A DNA stretch of 64,000 nucleotides from Malacoraja senta (taxonomy: Eukaryota). The stretch spans positions 1-64,000 of the forward strand of contig JAXLNO010000181.1 in assembly GCA_038087875.1 (NCBI GenBank). The letters are read 5' to 3'. The translations under genes were made by a program, and so were the position numbers. This document shows, one piece after another, positions 48,901-60,586 of this stretch (the stretch's first letter is position 1; each line of letters opens with the position of its first letter). The notes under the pieces are model-generated. The model did not search any database, had not been told where the DNA came from, and saw only the letters and a list, made by a program, of their open reading frames with translations.

Positions 48901-51900
48901 CAAAGCCAAAGCCAAAGCCAAAGCCAAAGCCAAAGCCAAAGCCAAAGCCAAAGCCTAAGCCAAAGCCTAAGCCTAAGCCTAAGCCAAAGCCTAAGCCTAA
49001 GCCTAAGCCTAAGCCTAAGCCTAAGCCTAAGCCTAAACCTAAGCCTAAGCCTAAGCCTAAGCCTAAGCCTAAGCCTAAGCCTAAGCCTAAGCCTAAGCCT
49101 AAGCCTAAGCCTAAGCCTAAGCCTAAGCCTAAGCCAAAGCCAAAGCCAAAGCCAAAGCCAAAGCCAAAGCCAAAGCCAAAGCCAAAGCCAAAGCCAAAGC
49201 CAAAGCCAAAGCCAAAGCCAAAGCCAAAGCCAAAGCCAAAGCCAAAGCCAAAGCCAAAGCCAAAGCCAAAGCCAAAGCCAAAGCCAAAGCCAAAGCCAAA
49301 GCCAAAGCCAAAGCCAAAGCCAAAGCCAAAGCCAAAGCCAAAGCCAAAGCCAAAGCCAAAGCCAAAGCCAAAGCCAAAGCCAAAGCCAAAGCCAAAGCCA
49401 AAGCCAAAGCCAAAGCCAAAGCCAAAGCCAAAGCCAAAGCCAAAGCCAAAGCCAAAGCCAAAGCCTAAGCCTAAGCCTAAGCCTAAGCCTAAGCCTAAGC
49501 CTAAGCCTAAGCCTAAGCCTAAGCCTAAGCCTAAGCCTAAGCCTCAGCCTAAGCCTAAGCCTCAGCCTAAGCCTAAGCCTAAGCCTAAGCCTAAGCCTAA
49601 GCCTAAGCCTAAGCCTAAGCCTAAGCCTAAGCCTAAGCCTAAGCCTAAGCCTAAGCCTAAGCCTAAGCCTAAGCCTAAGCCTAAGCCTAAGCCTAAGCCT
49701 AAGCCTAAGCCTAAGCCTAAGCCTAAGCCTAAGCCTAAGCCTAAGCCAAAGCCAAAGCCAAAGCCAAAGCCAAAGCCAAAGCCAAAGCCAAAGCCAAAGC
49801 CAAAGCCAAAGCCAAAGCCAAAGCCAAAGCCAAAGCCAAAGCCAAAGCCAAAGCCAAAGCCAAAGCCAAAGCCAAAGCCAAAGCCAAAGCCAAAGCCAAA
49901 GCCAAAGCCAAAGCCAAAGCCAAAGCCAAAGCCAAAGCCAAAGCCAAAGCCAAAGCCAAAGCCAAAGCCAAAGCCAAAGCCAAAGCCAAAGCCAAAGCCA
50001 AAGCCAAAGCCAAAGCCAAAGCCAAAGCCAAAGCCAAAGCCAAAGCCAAAGCCAAAGCCAAAGCCAAAGCCAAAGCCAAAGCCAAAGCCAAAGCCAAAGC
50101 CAAAGCCAAAGCCAAAGCCAAAGCCAAAGCCAAAGCCAAAGCCAAAGCCAAAGCCAAAGCCAAAGCCAAAGCCAAAGCCAAAGCCAAAGCCAAAGCCAAA
50201 GCCAAAGCCAAAGCCAAAGCCAAAGCCAAAGCCAAAGCCAAAGCCAAAGCCAAAGCCAAAGCCAAAGCCAAAGCCAAAGCCAAAGCCAAAGCCAAAGCCA
50301 AAGCCAAAGCCAAAGCCAAAGCCAAAGCCAAAGCCAAAGCCAAAGCCAAAGCCAAAGCCAAAGCCAAAGCCAAAGCCAAAGCCAAAGCCAAAGCCAAAGC
50401 CAAAGCCAAAGCCAAAGCCAAAGCCAAAGCCAAAGCCAAAGCCAAAGCCAAAGCCAAAGCCAAAGCCAAAGCCAAAGCCAAAGCCAAAGCCAAAGCCAAA
50501 GCCAAAGCCAAAGCCAAAGCCAAAGCCAAAGCCAAAGCCAAAGCCAAAGCCAAAGCCAAAGCCAAAGCCAAAGCCAAAGCCAAAGCCAAAGCCAAAGCCA
50601 AAGCCAAAGCCAAAGCCAAAGCCAAAGCCAAAGCCAAAGCCAAAGCCAAAGCCAAAGCCAAAGCCAAAGCCAAAGCCAAAGCCAAAGCCAAAGCCAAAGC
50701 CAAAGCCTAAGCCAAAGCCAAAGCCAAAGCCAAAGCCTAAGCCAAAGCCAAAGCCAAAGCCAAAGCCAAAGCCAAAGCCAAAGCCAAAGCCAAAGCCAAA
50801 GCCTAAGCCTAAGCCAAAGCCTAAGCCTAAGCCTAAGCCTAAGCCTAAGCCTAAGCCTAAGCCTAAGCCTAAGCCTAAGCCTAAGCCAAAGCCAAAGCCA
50901 AAGCCTAAGCCAAAGCCAAAGCCAAAGCCAAAGCCTAAGCCTAAGCCTAAGCCAAAGCCAAAGCCAAAGCCAAAGCCAAAGCCAAAGCCAAAGCCTAAGC
51001 CTAAGCCAAAGCCTAAGCCTAAGCCAAAGCCAAAGCCAAAGCCAAAGCCTAAGCCAAAGCCTAAGCCAAAGCCAAAGCCAAAGCCAAAGCCTAAGCCTAA
51101 GCCAAAGCCTAAGCCTAATCCAAAGCCAAAGCCTAAGCCTAAGCCTAAGCCTAAGCCTAAGCCTAAGCCTAAGCCTAAGCCTAAGCCTAAGCCTAAGCCT
51201 AAGCCTAAGCCTAAGCCTAAGCCTAAGCCTAAGCCTAAGCCTAAGCCTAAGCCAAAGCCAAAGCCAAAGCCAAAGCCTAAGCCTAAGCCAAAGCCAAAGC
51301 CAAAGCCAAAGCCAAAGCCAAAGCCAAAGCCAAAGCCAAAGCCAAAGCCAAAGCCAAAGCCAAAGCCAAAGCCAAAGCCAAAGCCAAAGCCAAAGCCAAA
51401 GCCAAAGCCAAAGCCAAAGCCAAAGCCAAAGCCAAAGCCAAAGCCAAAGCCAAAGCCAAAGCCAAAGCCAAAGCCAAAGCCAAAGCCAAAGCCAAAGCCA
51501 AAGCCAAAGCCTAAGCCAAAGCCAAAGCCAAAGCCAAAGCCAAAGCCAAAGCCAAAGCCAAAGCCAAAGCCTAAGCCTAAGCCTAAGCCTAAGCCAAAGC
51601 CAAAGCCAAAGCCAAAGCCAAAGCCAAAGCCAAAGCCAAAGCCAAAGCCAAAGCCAAAGCCAAAGCCAAAGCCAAAGCCAAAGCCAAAGCCAAAGCCAAA
51701 GCCAAAGCCAAAGCCAAAGCCAAAGCCAAAGCCAAAGCCAAAGCCAAAGCCAAAGCCAAAGCCTAAGCCAAAGCCAAAGCCAAAGCCAAAGCCTAAGCCA
51801 AAGCCAAAGCCAAAGCCAAAGCCAAAGCCAAAGCCAAAGCCAAAGCCAAAGCCAAAGCCCTAAGCCTAAGCCAAAGCCTAAGCCTAAGCCTAAGCCTAAG

Positions 51901-53681
51901 CCTAAGCCTAAGCCTAAGCCTAAGCCTAAGCCTAAGCCTAAGCCTAAGCCAAAGCCAAAGCCAAAGCCTAAGCCAAAGCCAAAGCCAAAGCCAAAGCCTA
52001 AGCCTAAGCCTAAGCCAAAGCCAAAGCCAAAGCCAAAGCCAAAGCCAAAGCCTAAGCCTAAGCCAAAGCCTAAGCCTAAGCCAAAGCCAAAGCCAAAGCC
52101 AAAGCCTAAGCCAAAGCCTAAGCCAAAGCCTAAGCCAAAGCCTAAGCCAAAGCCAAAGCCAAAGCTAAAGCCTAAGCCTAAGCCAAAGCCTAAGCCTAAG
52201 CCAAAGCCAAAGCCTAAGCCTAAGCCTAAGCCTAAGCCTAAGCCTAAGCCTAAGCCTAAGCCTAAGCCTAAGCCTAAGCCTAAGCCTAAGCCTAAGCCTA
52301 AGCCTAAGCCTAAGCCTAAGCCTAAGCCTAAGCCAAAGCCAAAGCCAAAGCCAAAGCCAAAGCCTAAGCCTAAGCCAAAGCCAAAGCCAAAGCCAAAGCC
52401 AAAGCCAAAGCCAAAGCCAAAGCCAAAGCCAAAGCCAAAGCCAAAGCCAAAGCCAAAGCCAAAGCCAAAGCCAAAGCCAAAGCCAAAGCCAAAGCCAAAG
52501 CCAAAGCCAAAGCCAAAGCCAAAGCCAAAGCCAAAGCCAAAGCCAAAGCCAAAGCCAAAGCCAAAGCCAAAGCCAAAGCCAAAGCCAAAGCCAAAGCCAA
52601 AGCCAAAGCCAAAGCCTAAGCCAATGCCAAAGCCAAAGCCAAAGCCAAAGCCAAAGCCAAAGCCAAAGCCAAAGCCTAAGCCTAAGCCTAAGCCTAAGCC
52701 AAAGCCAAAGCCAAAGCCAAAGCCAAAGCCAAAGCCAAAGCCAAAGCCAAAGCCAAAGCCAAAGCCAAAGCCAAAGCCAAAGCCAAAGCCAAAGCCAAAG
52801 CCAAAGCCAAAGCCAAAGCCAAAGCCAAAGCCAAAGCCAAAGCCAAAGCCAAAGCCAAAGCCAAAGCCAAAGCCAAAGCCAAAGCCAAAGCCAAAGCCAA
52901 AGCCAAAGCTTAAGCCTAAGCCAAAGCCAAAGCCAAAGCCAAAGCCAAAGCCAAAGCCAAAGCCAAAGCCAAAGCCAAAGCCAAAGCCAAAGCCAAAGCC
53001 TAAGCCAAAGCCAAAGCCTAAGCCTAAGCCTAAGCCTAAGCCTAAGCCTAAGCCTAAGCCTAAGCCTAAGCCTAAGCCTAAGCCTAAGCCAAAGCCTAAG
53101 CCTAAGCCTAAGCCTAAGCCTAAGCCTAAGCCTAAGCCTAAGCCTAAGCCTAAGCCTAAGCCTAAGCCAAAGCCTAAGCCTAAGCCAAAGCCTAAGCCTA
53201 AGCCAAAGCCAAAGCCTAAGCCAAAGCCAAAGCCTAAGCCAAAGCCTAAGCCTAAGCCTAAGCCAACGCCTAAGCCTAAGCCTAAGCCTAAGCCTAAGCC
53301 TAAGCCTAAGCCTAAGCCTAAGCCTAAGCCTAAGCCAACGCCTAAACCTAAGCCTAAGCCTAAGCCTAAGCCTAAGCCTAAGCCTAAGCCTAAGCCTAAG
53401 CCTAAGCCTAAGCCTAAGCCTAAGCCTAAGCCTAAGCCTAAGCCTAAGCCTAAGCCTAAGCCTAAGCCTAAGCCTAAGCCTAAGCCTAAGCCAAAGCCAA
53501 AGCCAAAGCCTAAGCCAAAGCCAAAGCCAAAGCCAAAGCCAAAGCCAAAGCCAAAGCCAAAGCCTAAGCCTAAGCCTAAGCCTAAGCCTAAGCCTAAGCC
53601 TAAGCCTAAGCCTAAGCCTAAACCTAAGCCTAAGCCTAAGCCTTAGCCTAAGCCAAAGCCAAAGCCAAAGACAAAGCCAAA

Positions 53682-54161
53682 GCCGAAGCCGAAGCCGAAG
53701 CCGAAGCCGAAGCCGAAGCCGAAGCCGAAGCCGAAGCCGAAGCCGAAGCCGAAGCCGAAGCCGAAGCCGAAGCCGAAGCCGAAGCCGAAGCCGAAGCCGA
53801 AGCCGAAGCCGAAGCCGAAGCCGAAGCCGAAGCCGAAGCCGAAGCCGAAGCCGAAGCCGAAGCCGAAGCCGAAGCCGAAGCCGAAGCCGAAGCCGAAGCC
53901 GAAGCCGAAGCCGAAGCCGAAGCCGAAGCCGAAGCCGAAGCCGAAGCCGAAGCCGAAGCCGAAGCCGAAGCCGAAGCCGAAGCCGAAGCCGAAGCCGAAG
54001 CCGAAGCCGAAGCCGAAGCCGAAGCCGAAGCCGAAGCCGAAGCCGAAGACGAAGCCGAAGCCGAAGCCGAAGCCGAAGCCGAAGCCGAAGCCGAAGCCGA
54101 AGCCGAAGCCGAAGCCGAAGCCGAAGCCGAAGCCGAAGCCGAAGCCGAAGCCGAAGCCGAA
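53682..54161 (-). repeat. GCCGAA (TTCGGC) variant block 1
   Basis: About 480 bp of GCCGAA with one GACGAA variant near 54048. Confidence 0.95.
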
Positions 54162-54371
54162 GCCTAAGCCTAAGCCTAAGCCTAAGCCTAAGCCTAAGCC
54201 TAAGCCTAAGCCTAAGCCTAAGCCTAAGCCAAAGCCAAAGCCAAAGCCAAAGCCAAAGCCAAAGCCAAAGCCAAAGCCAAAGCCAAAGCCTAAGCCAAAG
54301 CCTAAGCCTAAGCCAAAGCCTAAGCCTAAGCCTAAGCCTAAGCCTAAGCCTAAGCCTAAGCCTAAGCCTAA

Positions 54372-54599
54372 GCCGAAGCCGAAGCCGAAGCCGAAGCCGA
54401 AGCCGAAGCCGAAGCCGAAGCCGAAGCCGAAGCCGAAGCCGAAGCCGAAGCCGAAGCCGAAGCCTAAGCCTAAGCCTAAGCCGAAGCCGAAGCCGAAGCC
54501 GAAGCCGAAGCCGAAGCCGAAGCCGAAGCCGAAGCCGAAGCCGAAGCCGAAGCCGAAGCCGAAGCCGAAGCCGAAGCCGAAGCCGAAGCCGAAGCCGAA
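54372..54599 (-). repeat. GCCGAA (TTCGGC) variant block 2, split by three GCCTAA units
   Basis: GCCGAA 54372-54461, GCCTAA x3, GCCGAA 54480-54599. Confidence 0.93.
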
Positions 54600-54809
54600 G
54601 CCTAAGCCTAAGCCTAAGCCTAAGCCTAAGCCTAAGCCTAAGCCTAAGCCTAAGCCTAAACCTAAGCCAAAGCCAAAGCCAAAGCCAAAGCCAAAGCCAA
54701 AGCCAAAGCCAAAGCCAAAGCCAAAGCCTAAGCCAAAGCCTAAGCCTAAGCCAAAGCCTAAGCCTAAGCCTAAGCCTAAGCCTAAGCCTAAGCCTAAGCC
54801 TAAGCCTAA

Positions 54810-54917
54810 GCCGAAGCCGAAGCCGAAGCCGAAGCCGAAGCCGAAGCCGAAGCCGAAGCCGAAGCCGAAGCCGAAGCCGAAGCCGAAGCCGAAGCCGAAG
54901 CCGAAGCCGAAGCCGAA
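54810..54917 (-). repeat. GCCGAA (TTCGGC) variant block 3
   Basis: Pure GCCGAA run flanked by GCCTAA runs. Confidence 0.93.
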
Positions 54918-57900
54918 GCCTAAGCCTAAGCCTAAGCCTAAGCCTAAGCCTAAGCCTAAGCCTAAGCCTAAGCCTAAGCCAAAGCCAAAGCCAAAGCCAA
55001 AGCCAAAGCCAAAGCCAAAGCCAAAGCCAAAGCCAAAGCCAAAGCCAAAGCCAAAGCCAAAGCCAAAGCCTAAGCCAAAGCCTAAGCCTAAGCCAAAGCC
55101 TAAGCCTAAGCCAAAGCCTAAGCCTAAGCCTAAGCCTAAGCCTAAGCCTAAGCCTAAGCCTAAGCCTAAGCCTAAGCCTAAGCCTAAGCCTAAGCCTAAG
55201 CCTAAGCCTAAGCCTAAGCCTAAGACTAAGACTAAGACTAAGCCTAAGCCTAAGCCTAAGCCTAAGCCTAAGCCTAAGACTAAGACTAAGCCTAAGCCTA
55301 AGCCTAAGCCTAAGCCTAAGCCTAAGCCTAAGCCTAAGCCTAAGCCTAAGCCTAAGCCTAAGCCTAAGCCAAAGCCTAAGCCTAAGCCAAAGCCAAAGCC
55401 AAAGCCAAAGCCAAAGCCAAAGCCAAAGCCAAAGCCAAAGCCAAAGCCAAAGCCAAAGCCAAAGCCAAAGCCAAAGCCAAAGCCAAAGCCAAAGCCAAAG
55501 CCAAAGCCAAAGCCAAAGCCAAAGCCAAAGCCAAAGCCAAAGCCAAAGCCAAAGCCTAAGCCTAAGCCTAAGCCTAAGCCTAAGCCTAAGCCTAAGCCTA
55601 AGCCTAAGCCTAAGCCTAAGCCTAAGCCTAAGCCAAAGCCTAAGCCAAAGCCTAAGCCTAAGCCTAAGCCAAAGCCTAAGCCTAAGCCAAAGCCAAAGCC
55701 AAAGCCAAAGCCAAAGCCAAAGCCAAAGCCAAAGCCAAAGCCAAAGCCAAAGCCAAAGCCAAAGCCAAAGCCAAAGCCAAAGCCAAAGCCAAAGCCAAAG
55801 CCAAAGCCAAAGCCAAAGCCAAAGCCAAAGCCAAAGCCAAAGCCAAAGCCAAAGCCAAAGCCAAAGCCAAAGCCAAAGCCAAAGCCAAAGCCAAAGCCAA
55901 AGCCAAAGCCAAAGCCAAAGCCAAAGCCAAAGCCAAAGCCAAAGCCAAAGCCAAAGCCAAAGCCAAAGCCAAAGCCAAAGCCAAAGCCAAAGCCAAAGCC
56001 AAAGCCAAAGCCAAAGCCAAAGCCAAAGCCAAAGCCAAAGCCAAAGCCAAAGCCAAAGCCAAAGCCAAAGCCAAAGCCAAAGCCAAAGCCAAAGCCAAAG
56101 CCAAAGCCAAAGCCAAAGCCAAAGCCAAAGCCAAAGCCAAAGCCAAAGCCTAAGCCAAAGCCTAAGCCTAAGCCTAAGCCAAAGCCTAAGCCTAAGCCTA
56201 AGCCTAAGCCTAAGCCTAAGCCTAAGCCTAAACCTAAGCCTAAGCCTAAGCCTAAGCCTAAGCCTAAGCCTAAGCCTAAGCCTAAGCCTAAGCCTAAGCC
56301 TAAGCCTAAGCCTAAGCCTAAGCCTAAGCCTAAGCCAAAGCCAAAGCCAAAGCCAAAGCCAAAGCCAAAGCCAAAGCCAAAGCCAAAGCCAAAGCCAAAG
56401 CCAAAGCCAAAGCCAAAGCCAAAGCCAAAGCCAAAGCCAAAGCCAAAGCCAAAGCCAAAGCCAAAGCCAAAGCCAAAGCCAAAGCCAAAGCCAAAGCCAA
56501 AGCCAAAGCCAAAGCCAAAGCCAAAGCCAAAGCCAAAGCCAAAGCCAAAGCCAAAGCCAAAGCCAAAGCCAAATCCAAAGCCAAAGCCAAAGCCAAAGCC
56601 AAAGCCAAAGCCTAAGCCTAAGCCTAAGCCTAAGCCTAAGCCTAAGCCTAAGCCTAAGCCTAAGCCTAAGCCTAAGCCTCAGCCTAAGCCTAAGCCTCAG
56701 CCTAAGCCTAAGCCTAAGCCTAAGCCTAAGCCTAAGCCTAAGCCTAAGCCTAAGCCTAAGCCTAAGCCTAAGCCTAAGCCTAAGCCTAAGCCTAAGCCTA
56801 AGCCTAAGCCTAAGCCTAAGCCTAAGCCTAAGCCTAAGCCTAAGCCTAAGCCTAAGCCTAAGCCTAAGCCTAAGCCAAAGCCAAAGCCAAAGCCAAAGCC
56901 AAAGCCAAAGCCAAAGCCAAAGCCAAAGCCAAAGCCAAAGCCAAAGCCAAAGCCAAAGCCAAAGCCAAAGCCAAAGCCAAAGCCAAAGCCAAAGCCAAAG
57001 CCAAAGCCAAAGCCAAAGCCAAAGCCAAAGCCAAAGCCAAAGCCAAAGCCAAAGCCAAAGCCAAAGCCAAAGCCAAAGCCAAAGCCAAAGCCAAAGCCAA
57101 AGCCAAAGCCAAAGCCAAAGCCAAAGCCAAAGCCAAAGCCAAAGCCAAAGCCAAAGCCAAAGCCAAAGCCAAAGCCAAAGCCAAAGCCAAAGCCAAAGCC
57201 AAAGCCAAAGCCAAAGCCAAAGCCAAAGCCAAAGCCAAAGCCAAAGCCAAAGCCAAAGCCAAAGCCAAAGCCAAAGCCAAAGCCAAAGCCAAAGCCAAAG
57301 CCAAAGCCAAAGCCAAAGCCAAAGCCAAAGCCAAAGCCAAAGCCAAAGCCAAAGCCAAAGCCAAAGCCAAAGCCAAAGCCAAAGCCAAAGCCAAAGCCAA
57401 AGCCAAAGCCAAAGCCAAAGCCAAAGCCAAAGCCAAAGCCAAAGCCAAAGCCAAAGCCAAAGCCAAAGCCAAAGCCAAAGCCAAAGCCAAAGCCAAAGCC
57501 AAAGCCAAAGCCAAAGCCAAAGCCAAAGCCAAAGCCAAAGCCAAAGCCAAAGCCAAAGCCAAAGCCAAAGCCAAAGCCAAAGCCAAAGCCAAAGCCAAAG
57601 CCAAAGCCAAAGCCAAAGCCAAAGCCAAAGCCAAAGCCAAAGCCAAAGCCAAAGCCAAAGCCAAAGCCAAAGCCAAAGCCAAAGCCAAAGCCAAAGCCAA
57701 AGCCAAAGCCAAAGCCAAAGCCAAAGCCAAAGCCAAAGCCAAAGCCAAAGCCAAAGCCAAAGCCAAAGCCAAAGCCAAAGCCAAAGCCAAAGCCAAAGCC
57801 AAAGCCAAAGCCAAAGCCAAAGCCAAAGCCAAAGCCAAAGCCAAAGCCAAAGCCAAAGCCAAAGCCTAAGCCAAAGCCAAAGCCAAAGCCAAAGCCTAAG

Positions 57901-59723
57901 CCAAAGCCAAAGCCAAAGCCAAAGCCAAAGCCAAAGCCAAAGCCAAAGCCAAAGCCAAAGCCTAAGCCTAAGCCAAAGCCTAAGCCTAAGCCTAAGCCTA
58001 AGCCTAAGCCTAAGCCTAAGCCTAAGCCTAAGCCTAAGCCTAAGCCTAAGCCAAAGCCAAAGCCAAAGCCTAAGCCAAAGCCAAAGCCAAAGCCAAAGCC
58101 TAAGCCTAAGCCTAAGCCAAAGCCAAAGCCAAAGCCAAAGCCAAAGCCAAAGCCAAAGCCAAAGCCAAAGCCTAAGCCTAAGCCAAAGCCTAAGCCTAAG
58201 CCAAAGCCAAAGCCAAAGCCAAAGCCTAAGCCAAAGCCTAAGCCAAAGCCAAAGCCAAAGCCAAAGCCTAAGCCTAAGCCAAAGCCTAAGCCTAAGCCAA
58301 AGCCAAAGCCTAAGCCTAAGCCTAAGCCTAAGCCTAAGCCTAAGCCTAAGCCTAAGCCTAAGCCTAAGCCTAAGCCTAAGCCTAAGACTAAGCCTAAGCC
58401 TAAGCCTAAGCCTAAGCCTAAGCCTAAGCCTAAGCCTAAGCCAAAGCCAAAGCCAAAGCCAAAGCCTAAGCCTAAGCCAAAGCCAAAGCCAAAGCCAAAG
58501 CCAAAGCCAAAGCCAAAGCCAAAGCCAAAGCCAAAGCCAAAGCCAAAGCCAAAGCCAAAGCCAAAGCCAAAGCCAAAGCCAAAGCCAAAGCCAAAGCCAA
58601 AGCCAAAGCCAAAGCCAAAGCCAAAGCCAAAGCCAAAGCCAAAGCCAAAGCCAAAGCCTAAGCCAAAGCCAAAGCCAAAGCCAAAGCCAAAGCCAAAGCC
58701 AAAGCCAAAGCCAAAGCCAAAGCCTAAGCCTAAGCCTAAGCCTAAGCCTAAGCCTAAGCCTAAGCCAAAGCCAAAGCCAAAGCCAAAGCCAAAGCCAAAG
58801 CCAAAGCCAAAGCCAAAGCCAAAGCCAAAGCCAAAGCCAAAGCCAAAGCCAAAGCCAAAGCCAAAGCCAAAGCCAAAGCCAAAGCCAAAGCCAAAGCCAA
58901 AGCCAAAGCCAAAGCCAAAGCCAAAGCCAAAGCCAAAGCCAAAGCCAAAGCCAAAGCCAAAGCCTAAAGCTTAAGCCTAAGCCAAAGCAAGGCCAAAGCC
59001 AAAGCCAAAGCAAAGCCAAAGCCAAAGCCAAAGCCAAAGCCAAAGCCAAAGCCAAAGCCAAAGCCAAACCCAAAGCCTAAGCCAAAGCCTAAGCCTAAGC
59101 CTAAGCCTAAAGGCTAAGCCTAAGCCTAAGCCTAAGCCTAAGCCTAAGCCTAAGCCTAAGCCTAAGCCTAAGCCTAAGCCTAAGCCTAAGCCTAAGCCTA
59201 AGCCTAAGCCAAAGCCTAAGCCTAAGCCTAAGCCTAAGCCTAAGCCTAAGCCTAAGCCTAAGCCTAAGCCTAAGCCAAAGCCTAAGCCTAAGCCAAAGCC
59301 AAAGCCTAAGCCAAAGCCTAAGCCTAAGCCTAAGCCAACGCCTAAGCCTAAGCCTAAGCCTAAGCCTAAGCCTAAGCCTAAGCCTAAGCCTAAGCCTAAG
59401 CCTAAGCCAACTCCTAAACCTAAGCCTAAGCCTAAGCCTAAGCCTAAGCCTAAGCCTAAGCCTAAGCCTAAGCCTAAGCCTAAGCCTAAGCCTAAGCCTA
59501 AGCCTAAGCCTAAGCCTAAGCCTAAGCCTAAGCCTAAGCCTAAGCCAAAGCCAAAGCCAAAGCCTAAGCCAAAGCCAAAGCCAAAGCCAAAGCCAAAGCC
59601 AAAGCCAAAGCCAAAGCCAAAGCCTAAGCCTAAGCATAAGCCTAAGCCTAAGCCTAAGCCTAAGCCTAAGCCTAAACCTAAGCCTAAGCCTAAGCCTAAG
59701 CCTAAGCCTAAGCCAAAGCCAAA

Positions 59724-60586
59724 GCCGAAGCCGAAGCCGAAGCCGAAGCCGAAGCAAGCCGAAGCCGAAGCCGAAGCCGAAGCCGAAGCCGAAGCCGAAG
59801 CCGAAGCCGAAGCCGAAGCCGAAGCCGAAGCCGAAGCCGAAGCCGAAGCCGAAGCCGAAGCCGAAGCCGAAGCCGAAGCCGAAGCCGAAGCCGAAGCCGA
59901 AGCCGAAGCCGAAGCCGAAGCCGAAGCCGAAGCCGAAGCCGAAGCCGAAGCCGAAGCCGAAGCCGAAGCCGAAGCCGAAGCCGAAGCCGAAGCCGAAGCC
60001 GAAGCCGAAGCCGAAGCCGAAGCCGAAGCCGAAGCCGAAGCCGAAGCCCGAAGCCGAAGCCGAAGCCGAAGCCGAAGCCGAAGCCGAAGCCGAAGCCGAA
60101 GCCGAAGCCGAAGCCGAAGCCGAAGCCGAAGCCGAAGCCGAAGCCGAAGCCGAAGCCGAAGCCGAAGCCGAAGCCGAAGCCGAAGCCGAAGCCGAAGCCG
60201 AAGCCGAAGCCGAAGCCGAAGCCGAAGCCGAAGCCGAAGCCGAAGCCGAAGCCGAAGCCGAAGCCGAAGCCGAAGCCGAAGCCGAAGCCGAAGCCGAAGC
60301 CGAAGCCGAAGCCGAAGCCGAAGCCGAAGCCGAAGCCGAAGCCGAAGCCGAAGCCGAAGCCGAAGCCGAAGCCGAAGCCGAAGCCGAAGCCGAAGCCGAA
60401 GCCGAAGCCGAAGCCGAAGCCGAAGCCGAAGCCGAAGCCGAAGCCGAAGCCGAAGCCGAAGCCGAAGCCGAAGCCGAAGCCGAAGCCGAAGCCGAAGCCG
60501 AAGCCGAAGCCGAAGCCGAAGCCGAAGCCGAAGCCGAAGCCGAAGCCGAAGCCGAAGCCGAAGCCGAAGCCGAAGCCGAAGCCGAA
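59724..60586 (-). repeat. GCCGAA (TTCGGC) variant block 4, the longest at about 860 bp
   Basis: Pure GCCGAA with two small indels (about 59755 and 60047). Confidence 0.95.

Larger units (their letters stand above)
47970..58960. repeat. Higher-order duplication with offset about 7.1 kb (about 47970-51750 vs 54980-58960)
   Basis: GACTAA x3 at 48119/55224 followed by GACTAA x2, ACCTAA about 49037/56232, paired GCCTCA at 49541,49559 / 56676,56694, and matching block order. Confidence 0.9.

Noticed and set aside
44016..51863. 2615 aa poly(PK) ORF as a real CDS (likewise 52624..53646 and 18109..18384)
   Set aside because: The ATG comes from a single point variant (GCCAAT-G) inside the array. There is no promoter, UTR, splice or unique sequence context, and the stop results from a 1-bp indel.
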